Origin: Planctomycetota bacterium
GTDB taxonomy: Bacteria > Planctomycetota > GCA-002687715 > DRQF01
Assembly: GCA_027001995.1 (NCBI GenBank)
Contig: JALTLO010000070.1
Location: 1 to 19,346 of the forward strand
DNA: 19,346 nt
Reading direction: 5' to 3'
This document shows positions 1-7,339 of this stretch, in pieces (the stretch's first letter is position 1; every line of letters begins with the position of its first letter). Below the pieces are notes generated by a model, which did no database searches, was not told the origin of the DNA, and saw nothing but the letters and a program-made list of their open reading frames with translations. The position numbers and the translations under genes were made by a program.

Positions 1-1446
1 GTGCCCTGTGACTTCTCGCAGCCAATGGGTGTAGCACTCTGACTTGTTGACACTCGTTTCTTCGAGCATACGTTTTTGAAACTTCTCAAGGGCTTTGAAG
101 TTCTCCGCTTGGGTGAGATCTCCTCGTACTCTCACATCGAAAGTCATAATGCCGCTAAAGTTGTCTTCGTACCAAGCAAGGTCTTGAATGAGGGGCTCTT
201 GCTCTGGCATTTCTTCCAGCCAATGAGAGTCTACGTTCAGTCTAGCAATGCCAACTAAGGCGAAAACTAAAACCCCTCCGAAAACGGCGAAAGTGAGTTT
301 GCGCTTGCCATAAGCCAATTTGCTGAATCCAGGTACACGAGCAAGCACACCCTTTTTGATTGGCCAGAATGACAGCATCAGCGGGACCACTGTGATGATG
401 GCTAAGAAAGCAATGAGAACGGCAATGCTAGCCTTGATGCCAAAGAGGCGAACCGCAGGGTGTTTGGCCACGATCAGGGAAAGGAATCCAATCGCCGTTG
501 TCAAAGAAGTGAAGAAACAGGCCGGGCCGATGCTGGCCATCATCTCTAATATCGCCCCATGGCGTTTCTTACCACTGAGGAGGCTCTCTTCGAATCGGTG
601 CATCATGTGTACAGCGTCGCAAACTGTAATCATGGTGATGATGCCAGGCACTGCCATATCGATAAGCCCGAAATCGAGCCCGGCGAGTACGAGGGCGGCA
701 AAGCAATAAATTTGGGCCAGGGCCACGACGGTCAGAGGAATGAGTATGCCACGGAATGTTCGAAAAATGAGAGGCAGAAGAATGGAGAAGACCAAGAGTT
801 CTAAGAGCAGGCCTTGTTTTAAGTCTGCTCCCATATATTTGCGCATAGCCCGCTTCGAAACTTCATCCCCAATGAAGTGAGCCCGCACATCTGGAGGAAC
901 AAAATTGTTTACGAACTCTTCGAGCCAGATGAGAAGGGCTGCATGTTCAGCGCCATCATCGTAGGAGGACTTCACCAAGAAAGTTGCGGATCGGCCATCC
1001 GCAGAAATCAGGCGGCGTTCCAAAAGTGGGTGCCTTGTTGCTGCTTCAAGGACTGTTTCGTTCGCTCGAAGAGTCTGGGGGAATTCTTGGGGCACTGGGA
1101 TCATGCCGAAATTGCTGACGACAGTGACAGTTCCCAAGGACGTGACATCCGCCACCTTTGGATCAGCTTCCAGTGCCGTGGAAAGTCCGGAAATCAGTTC
1201 AAGTTCTTTCTTCCCCATCACCAAGGGGAATTCCAACACGAAGATCTGGTCATAGAAATTCGGTGGTACGGAAGATTGGAACTCATCGACCCGTGCTTGA
1301 GTTTCCTCGTCAGCCCTCAAAATGGGCATGAGAGAAAAACTCAGATTGAGCTGGGGTAGCAGCTTGGCGGCGCTGAGGCTCAAAGAGATTACGACAATGA
1401 GAAAGAGCCATCGCCTGCGGCTAATGAGGTCACCAAATCGATCCAT
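1..1446 (-). CDS. MMPL/RND-superfamily transporter, 3'-truncated by the window edge (482 codons visible)
   Basis: Not in the ORF track because it has no stop inside the window. Read by hand, the minus frame is open from ATG at 1446 to base 1, with an in-frame TAG just upstream. It begins MDRFGDLISRRRWLFLIVVISLSLSAAKLLPQLNL: one TM helix, a soluble loop, then a TM bundle with MMPL-type motifs ITVCDAVHMMHRFEE and PACFFTSLTTAIGFLSL, then the start of a second repeat (FALVGIARLNVDSHWLEEMP). Confidence 0.88.
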   Translation of the reverse strand, partial: MDRFGDLISRRRWLFLIVVISLSLSAAKLLPQLNLSFSLMPILRADEETQARVDEFQSSVPPNFYDQIFVLEFPLVMGKKELELISGLSTALEADPKVADVTSLGTVTVVSNFGMIPVPQEFPQTLRANETVLEAATRHPLLERRLISADGRSATFLVKSSYDDGAEHAALLIWLEEFVNNFVPPDVRAHFIGDEVSKRAMRKYMGADLKQGLLLELLVFSILLPLIFRTFRGILIPLTVVALAQIYCFAALVLAGLDFGLIDMAVPGIITMITVCDAVHMMHRFEESLLSGKKRHGAILEMMASIGPACFFTSLTTAIGFLSLIVAKHPAVRLFGIKASIAVLIAFLAIITVVPLMLSFWPIKKGVLARVPGFSKLAYGKRKLTFAVFGGVLVFALVGIARLNVDSHWLEEMPEQEPLIQDLAWYEDNFSGIMTFDVRVRGDLTQAENFKALEKFQKRMLEETSVNKSECYTHWLREVTGH

Positions 1447-1707
1447 AGCTTTACTCTAACATTCATAGCATCGGGGTAAACCTCTGCTCATAGTCAAGAT
1501 GGGTCTTGTGAGGCCTTTTTTCCATGGTGGGACCTATTGAGTCGGGAGGAGGGCGGGGATGGGCAATCTTTAGTCTCTGGGGCGAATACCCCCCGTTCCC
1601 AAGGCTGTGGGATGCCGATAGCATTCTAACCTGCCTCATTGTGGAACCGTGTTCGTCCGCGAATCCTCAACTGCTTCAGGCAACGGCTTTCATGGGAGTT
1701 CGGGCTT

Positions 1708-2091
1708 TTGCAGGACCAAACAACATTTACCATCTTGTTTTGCGAAGATGATGATGCTGTGCGTTGCGTCACGCGGCGGATTCTGCAACGTGCGGGCTAT
1801 GAGGTGATCGCTGTGACGACTGGAGCGAATGCCCTCGAGATTCTGAAGGAAGATCCTCTGCGCATAGACCTCTTGATGACCGATGTTGTCATGCCTTCAA
1901 TGAATGGACCTGAGCTGGCAGCTGCAGCTCGCTTAGTCAACAGCGAATTGACGATCCTCTTCGTTTCAGGATTCGCAGCCCAGCACCTGGACGTTGTCGA
2001 GCAATTTGGCGAGCGGGCTGCGTTCTTGCCGAAACCCTATGCCAGCGCATCGCTGATCGAACTCGTTGCCTATTTGCTCAAGGGGCAGTGA
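1708..2091 (+). CDS. Single-domain response regulator (CheY-like receiver)
   Basis: Receiver motifs ILFCEDDDAVR, DLLMTDVVMP (phospho-acceptor Asp), ILFVSG and FLPKPY. In-frame TTG at 1708, with GGAG at 1695-1698, is preferred over the ORF-track start at 1639 because it removes a non-homologous extension. Confidence 0.88.
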   Translation: MQDQTTFTILFCEDDDAVRCVTRRILQRAGYEVIAVTTGANALEILKEDPLRIDLLMTDVVMPSMNGPELAAAARLVNSELTILFVSGFAAQHLDVVEQFGERAAFLPKPYASASLIELVAYLLKGQ

Positions 2092-2146
2092 CAACAATGC
2101 CACAGTGACTGGGGCTTGGTTTCTGCCGTGGTGGTGAGGACTTCAT

Positions 2147-3709
2147 CTACTCATCACTTTGGAGCCGGGGAAGGCCCATGGCGGCTAAGTAGTTTGCGAA
2201 TGCCACGAAACAAGAAGCATACGCTTCCGCTGTTGTGACTCTTGCTTTGGCGGTGGATTGTTCTCGCAGATTCACCCGCAATAAATCGCTTGCACCTTCC
2301 AAGAGTTTGTCTTGCTCAGCTCTTTCTAATGTTTGTGCTAGTTCCACTGACCGTTCGTAGAGCAAGAGATTCTCTCGTGCCCGGGAAAGTGCCGAGGCGG
2401 CGTCTCTGATTTCGGCTTCAATCTTGTCTGCGGTCAATCGCGCTTTTTGGGTGAGCTGGCTCATTTTGATCTGAGATTGTCGCAACTTCCCACGCGCAAC
2501 ACGTCGTGCCAGGGGCATCTCGAATTTGATGCCGATTCCGAATTCGAATGGGTCATCGCTTGAGTCAGCTGAAGTCGAACGGCCAATATCTTGGGACGCC
2601 GTGACAAAGGCGTCGAACTTAGGAAGCATGTCGTTATTTCGTTTGAATAAGTCCAGGTCTGCCGCTGCCAGATCGCAAAGAAAACCTCTCATTTCTGGGC
2701 GGTTCGCGATGCCGAAGGTCACATGGTTCTCCAAACTCTCGCTAAAAATGTCGGGTAGTTTCGGAAACCGGGGAATCCGATCGATAGTGAGCCGTACAGG
2801 GTTGCCTTCATTGTCGCGGTAATAGATCGATAGGCCAATTGTGGCCTTTTCGAACGTCCGCTTCGCCTGAATTAACTTGGCCTGCCTTGCAACGAAGAGT
2901 CTTTCGTTGTCGGTCAGATAAATCTCCGGCAGTTGCCCTTCCGCGACCAAGTCTCTTAAGGAAGTCCTGCGAGTTTCGGCCAACTCTAAGAGGTCTTGGG
3001 CAATCTTGATTTTTTGGGCGGCGGCCACACACTTCCAATACGATTCTGTTGCCTTGCGATAGAGGCGAACCCTCTCTTCACGAACGATTGGATCGGCCCG
3101 GTCCAATTCAATGCGTCGTTTCCACAGTTCCGCTCTTCGAGAGTCGATGGCGTTGCCCTTGAGCAATGGCACTTCGAAGCCGAAAAAGAATTCACCACCT
3201 GCATTTGTATCAATGTCGCCGTCATAGCTGCCGAAGTCACCTAAGGCATAGCGATACCCACTCTTGACTTTGGCACCCCATGTCTCAAGTGGTTGGGTGA
3301 TGTTGAAGTTGAGGTTGTTATTCTCGTAGTAACCCTCCACCTTATTCTTCGTTTCGAGGGTGACCAAGGTGTCGAAGCGGCCTTCCGCTGAAAGTAAGCG
3401 AGCCTCGGCTGCGGCAATCTCTAACTTGGCGGCGTGAAGCCCTGGGAACTGGTTTTCGACGGCATCAAGAACGTGTGCAAGATCGACATGTTTTTCCGCA
3501 GTTGCTTGCTTCACATTCTCGAGCGATTGGGGCAATGCTTCCGTACTCGGTTTGGTAGCCGATGTGGGTGCCGATGTCCGTCTTGGAACGGGTTTTCTCA
3601 GTTCGCTTGGCACCATCGGTCGACGTCGAACGATGGGTGGATCATAGGTCGCGCAACCCGTCAAGATGACGGCGGCGAACATGAATATGATGTTGCGCCG
3701 AAGTTTCAT
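2147..3709 (-). CDS. TolC-family outer membrane efflux protein, predicted lipoprotein
   Basis: ATG at 3709 overlaps the HlyD stop (ATGA) and gives MKLRRNIIFMFAAVILTGC, with a lipobox. A Pro/Thr-rich linker follows, then two OEP-like repeats (FEVPLLKG...RRAEL; FEMPLARRVARG...GASDLLRVNLREQ). Confidence 0.9.
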   Translation of the reverse strand: MKLRRNIIFMFAAVILTGCATYDPPIVRRRPMVPSELRKPVPRRTSAPTSATKPSTEALPQSLENVKQATAEKHVDLAHVLDAVENQFPGLHAAKLEIAAAEARLLSAEGRFDTLVTLETKNKVEGYYENNNLNFNITQPLETWGAKVKSGYRYALGDFGSYDGDIDTNAGGEFFFGFEVPLLKGNAIDSRRAELWKRRIELDRADPIVREERVRLYRKATESYWKCVAAAQKIKIAQDLLELAETRRTSLRDLVAEGQLPEIYLTDNERLFVARQAKLIQAKRTFEKATIGLSIYYRDNEGNPVRLTIDRIPRFPKLPDIFSESLENHVTFGIANRPEMRGFLCDLAAADLDLFKRNNDMLPKFDAFVTASQDIGRSTSADSSDDPFEFGIGIKFEMPLARRVARGKLRQSQIKMSQLTQKARLTADKIEAEIRDAASALSRARENLLLYERSVELAQTLERAEQDKLLEGASDLLRVNLREQSTAKARVTTAEAYASCFVAFANYLAAMGLPRLQSDE

Positions 3710-5028
3710 TTCTTGCTTCCGTTCTTTTTGTCTTGAGCTGCAGGAGGAGAGTCCAGGCTTGGCGGAAAGCCGTTGAGCTGCCGCCAAATCTCAAAGCCAA
3801 GTTTGACTTCGTCGAGCAGGACCCATCCTTTTACTTGCACACCTCGGCGTAGAAAACGACGCTCGGGCCAAGAATAGTCGTGAGCATCCGGTTGAACAAG
3901 AACGCGGAATTTTCCGTTGCCGTCGTCTTGAGAGTCGACCATGGTAACGATGCCACCAAAAGTTCCTTGGGCCACCGAGGGCCAGCCGACGAATTGAACT
4001 GCTGGCCACCCTTCGAATTGTAGGCGAACTGAACGGCCAGCGCTCACCAATGGGGCGTCGTTGCCTGCCAACCAGAGCTCAACGACCAAATCTTCGGAGT
4101 CTGGGACGAATTGGATGAGGCCGTCCCCTTTCTTGACGAGCTGTGAGTACGCTGCGCCATCGATACGAGAAATCACTCCATCACGGGGTGCCTTGATGCT
4201 CTGGGTTCCTTGCCGACCGAATTTTGTCATCGCATCCTGAACTTCTTTTTCAATGGATGCCACTTTCGCTACAGCTTCTTGGTATTTGCTGGATGCCTGT
4301 TCGAACTTGGCTTGTAGAGCGGCCCTCGTTTTCTCAACGGATGCCGCCTTTGCCGCTTGCTGATCTTTTGCCATTTGAAGTTTCGCTTCAGCACCCTCCA
4401 CCTTCGCGCTCGCAGAGTTGGCGGCGGCAACCGATTTTTGGGCGGACAGGACGGACGTCAATTTTTTGGCCAAGAGCCTACTTTGTCGATCTCCGTCCGC
4501 GACCTTCTGAAGTTGGTCTGCTTGAGCCGCCACAAGAACCTGTTCAGCGGTCAGAACTTTTTGCCGTGAAGCATTTAGTTCAAGCTGGGCCACCTGGACA
4601 GCGAGGTCGCGAGAGCCAGCCAAGCTTGCGACTTGATCCCGGAGGAGGGAGGCGCTGACCCGGGCGGCATCCAGTTTTTGGCGTGCCAATGCGACTTGTT
4701 GTTCAAGCCTCTGGGCGAATTTTGGGTCGAGATCTGATATCTCCATCAACAGTTGTCCGGCTTTCACGCGCTCACCTTCCCGGACCAGAAGACGGGATAT
4801 TTGTCCTGTTACTGGTGCTGGGATCATCTGGACACGGTCGATGGGGTTGAGAGCCATGATGCGACCGCGCCCGGCAATGTTCTGGCGCCATGGGGCGAAA
4901 AGCAAGATGATGGGCACGATGAGAACGATGAAAGCGACAATCTTGGCCGCTTTTCGAGTTGCTCGAGGAGGTTGTACAAGGTCATCCTCGTGGAGCTCAG
5001 GAGCTATTTTTGTAGCAATGGGGTTCAT
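3706..5028 (-). CDS. HlyD-family membrane fusion protein (periplasmic adaptor)
   Basis: N-terminal TM helix, lipoyl-like halves (IPAPVTGQISRLLVREGERVKAGQLL; IKAPRDGVI), a long coiled coil and a beta-barrel part with VRLQFEGWPAVQFVGWP. ATG at 5028 overlaps the ABC stop (ATGA) and has AGGAG upstream. Confidence 0.92.
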   Translation of the reverse strand: MNPIATKIAPELHEDDLVQPPRATRKAAKIVAFIVLIVPIILLFAPWRQNIAGRGRIMALNPIDRVQMIPAPVTGQISRLLVREGERVKAGQLLMEISDLDPKFAQRLEQQVALARQKLDAARVSASLLRDQVASLAGSRDLAVQVAQLELNASRQKVLTAEQVLVAAQADQLQKVADGDRQSRLLAKKLTSVLSAQKSVAAANSASAKVEGAEAKLQMAKDQQAAKAASVEKTRAALQAKFEQASSKYQEAVAKVASIEKEVQDAMTKFGRQGTQSIKAPRDGVISRIDGAAYSQLVKKGDGLIQFVPDSEDLVVELWLAGNDAPLVSAGRSVRLQFEGWPAVQFVGWPSVAQGTFGGIVTMVDSQDDGNGKFRVLVQPDAHDYSWPERRFLRRGVQVKGWVLLDEVKLGFEIWRQLNGFPPSLDSPPAAQDKKNGSKK

Positions 5029-6782
5029 TTCATTGTCTCCTGTGTCGCTGGTAGCGAAAGACGTGAGTCGCATTGGGCCGCCAGAGTCTTGGAGTTAGTC
5101 ACGATGATGAGGCTGCAGCGTTTCAGATTTGCTTCTAGGGTGTCCATGACTTCATCCCGCCCTTGAGGGGAGAGGTTATCCAGAAGGTGGTCAATCATGA
5201 GCAAACGAGGGCGGGAGAGAAGGACCCGCGCGATTGCGATTCGTCCAGCTTGTCCTGAGGACAAGGGGGCACCAGAGGGGAGCAATTTGGTTGCGAGTCC
5301 GTTCGGAAGTTCAAGGATTTGTTCCAGCAGTCCCACAGCCTTGAGAGTTTCATGGATCTCCTCAATAGGGATGTCGCTCCTGCCAAGAATAAGATTGTCG
5401 AGAATCGTAGCTTCCAACAGCCCTGGCTCTGAGGCCAAGGCGACTTCTTGACGAAATTTACCTAAGGGGATGTCTGCCAAATGGACGCCATCATAGATGA
5501 TACTTCCGGCCAATGGCTTGCGCAGGCCAAATATGGTTTCAAGCAGGAATGTCTTACCAACGCCATGGGGCCCCATGATCGCCAGGGATTTTCCAGGGGC
5601 AAGTTCGAAGGACACGGCTACGGGATCAACGAAGTGGGTCGGTTTGATAGGAACGGATCGTACTTTAAGCCCAGCAGCTACTTCTTTGGTCGCGATGGCT
5701 GGTCTATTGACTTCAGCCTCCATATCTAAGGTGGTGAGTTTTCCTACTTTGTCTACTGCGGCAATGAGATCGTACCACGTTTCAGCGAGCTTACCCATCT
5801 TGGCGACACTTTGTACGACTACAACAACGATGAGCTCGGCTGCAACCAGTTGGCCAATCGTCAATTCCCCAGAGACAACCAACCAACCACCAAGCCCTAA
5901 GACGGCGGTACTGGCAACAACCTGAACCCCGAGGGCTGCAACGATCTGGCCAAAGACGATTCGATAGTGGCGCTTGCGGAGGTCGATATAGTCGGAAGCA
6001 AGTTCCCTTGAGCGCAAGCGAACGAAGTTGGCGCTGCCAGGTGTTCGAAAGGCAAGAGGATGCCGCGCCAATTCTTCTAACCAAGCGGCGACTGCGTACT
6101 TGGCTTGGCTCTCTTTGATTGATGTTCGCATACCAGCCGCCAGTGGACCGAAGAAGACCGCTAATACCAAGAGAAGAAGGCCGATGTCCAAGAGTAAGAG
6201 AAGGGGGTGGTAAAGTGCGATCACAATGAACCCCACGACAATCGAAAGAACATTTCCTAAGCCAGCTAGGAGCAATTCTGAACTTCCTTTTTGGATCGTC
6301 ACGACGTCGAAGAAACGATTGACAAGTTCAGGGTTGTAGTAGCGATCCCGTACTTCCCAGCTCAAACGCCTGAGTCGCTCCGAGAGATCGGCGACCAAGC
6401 GTACGAAAATCCGTCGCTGGATAATCTCAACGATCCAAGTTTGAGTTGCCAAGACCGCTGCTCCCAGGACCAAACCTGAGAACAGTAAGCCTGAGAGGAT
6501 GATGATGGATGGGGCAGTTGCCCCGAAAGCAACGTTGTTCACCAGGGCCTGTACGGCCAAAGGTGTGGCCAGAAGTAGGGCGCCGTTGAGAATTGAAAAC
6601 ACAACGATTGAGCCTATATCGCCGCGGTCGGGCCTGAGGAGATGCCATAAGCGTCTAACAGGACTAATTTTCTGTTGTTTTTCTTCTTTTCGGGTCACGG
6701 CATTGTTGGCCTTATTCTCGGAGCCAGGATAACTTACTTTTGATTCATGATATAATTGTCCGGTATTTTTATCACCGTTCAT
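5025..6782 (-). CDS. Type I secretion-like ABC transporter (fused TMD + NBD, no C39 peptidase domain); start uncertain (ATG 6782 or GTG 6698)
   Basis: Multi-TM ABC membrane domain (ELVNRFFDVVTIQK; GELTIGQLVAAELI), Walker A GPHGVGKT, signature LSSGQ. Walker B is LLMIDH and the switch is IIVTNS, both non-canonical. Confidence 0.9.
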   Translation of the reverse strand: MNGDKNTGQLYHESKVSYPGSENKANNAVTRKEEKQQKISPVRRLWHLLRPDRGDIGSIVVFSILNGALLLATPLAVQALVNNVAFGATAPSIIILSGLLFSGLVLGAAVLATQTWIVEIIQRRIFVRLVADLSERLRRLSWEVRDRYYNPELVNRFFDVVTIQKGSSELLLAGLGNVLSIVVGFIVIALYHPLLLLLDIGLLLLVLAVFFGPLAAGMRTSIKESQAKYAVAAWLEELARHPLAFRTPGSANFVRLRSRELASDYIDLRKRHYRIVFGQIVAALGVQVVASTAVLGLGGWLVVSGELTIGQLVAAELIVVVVVQSVAKMGKLAETWYDLIAAVDKVGKLTTLDMEAEVNRPAIATKEVAAGLKVRSVPIKPTHFVDPVAVSFELAPGKSLAIMGPHGVGKTFLLETIFGLRKPLAGSIIYDGVHLADIPLGKFRQEVALASEPGLLEATILDNLILGRSDIPIEEIHETLKAVGLLEQILELPNGLATKLLPSGAPLSSGQAGRIAIARVLLSRPRLLMIDHLLDNLSPQGRDEVMDTLEANLKRCSLIIVTNSKTLAAQCDSRLSLPATQETMK

Positions 6783-6830
6783 TGCGCGACTCAATTAACT
6801 TGCTATATTTTTCATGAAATAAGTGTCATG
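6744..6830. promoter_or_regulatory. Divergent promoter region with two related operator-like boxes
   Basis: TTCATGATATAATTGTCCGG (6744-6763) and TTCATGAAATAAGTGTCATG (6811-6830) match at 16 of 20 positions. The second box contains the inverted repeat CATGA-N8-TCATG. A perfect extended -10, TGnTATAAT, lies at 6748-6756 on +, inside box 1. Confidence 0.6.
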
Positions 6831-6851
6831 TGAGTCTTGGAGGCATTTTTG

Positions 6852-7139
6852 ATGGAGAAACCCAGTGAATGGACGTTTCTTTCTAACTATGGCCATGTCT
6901 TGGTTGCCCTTGCCCGGGAGCCAGACGCCCGGCTCCGTGATATTGCGGAAGTGGTCGGAATAACGGAACGTGCCGTCCATCGTCTCTTGACGGAAATGGA
7001 AAGTGCTGGGGTGATTCACCGACATCGAGAAGGCCGTAGGAATCGATACACGATCGAAAGACAACGGCGGTTGCGCCACCCCTCAGAACGACACTGCACG
7101 GTGGGGGACCTCATCGACATGATTGTCGATGACCAGTGA
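6852..7139 (+). CDS. Small winged helix-turn-helix transcriptional regulator (MarR/ArsR-like, WTFLSNxxHVL family)
   Basis: WTFLSNYGHVLVAL...RLRDIAEVVGITERAVHRLLTEMESAGVI...GRRNRY gives an HTH plus wing. GGAGG at 6839-6843 lies 8 nt before ATG 6852. Confidence 0.9.
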   Translation: MEKPSEWTFLSNYGHVLVALAREPDARLRDIAEVVGITERAVHRLLTEMESAGVIHRHREGRRNRYTIERQRRLRHPSERHCTVGDLIDMIVDDQ

Positions 7140-7277
7140 GATGCTCTCGGCTGTTGTAACGGATCAAAGCCACGGTCTGTCTCCTATTCAGGAGATGTCC
7201 CAAACCCCAAGAACATCCCGGTTGGTTTCTCTTGCTGAAATGAGCCCTTCACCACTCTCTAAGTTACCAAGAGTCAC

Positions 7278-7316
7278 AAAGAAAAACCCCATCTCAAGCA
7301 TAGCTTGAGATGGGGT
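7278..7316 (-). terminator. Rho-independent terminator of the subtilase / LTD-PKD unit
   Basis: Perfect 14-bp stem ACCCCATCTCAAGC (7286-7299) / GCTTGAGATGGGGT (7303-7316) with a 3-nt loop. On the minus strand it runs into a T-rich tract (complement of AAAGAAAA, 7278-7285). It starts ~23 nt after the stop at 7340. Confidence 0.88.
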
Positions 7317-7339
7317 CTTCGATTCGTCAACGGTTTTGT

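Noticed and set aside
76..1359. Plus-strand ORFs 76-258, 320-709, 559-804 and 877-1359
   Set aside because: Antisense shadows of the MMPL gene, with no recognisable motifs.
1575..1596. GGGG-N6-CCCC dyad upstream of the response regulator
   Set aside because: Too short and single-copy to distinguish from chance.
3710..3787. Longer ORF-track starts for TolC (3787), and likewise HlyD (5073) and the regulator (6837)
   Set aside because: Downstream starts give ATGA coupling, good RBSs or a correctly placed lipoprotein signal.
7123..7308. 61-aa plus-strand ORF after the regulator
   Set aside because: It overlaps the regulator end and runs into the terminator hairpin, with no motif.
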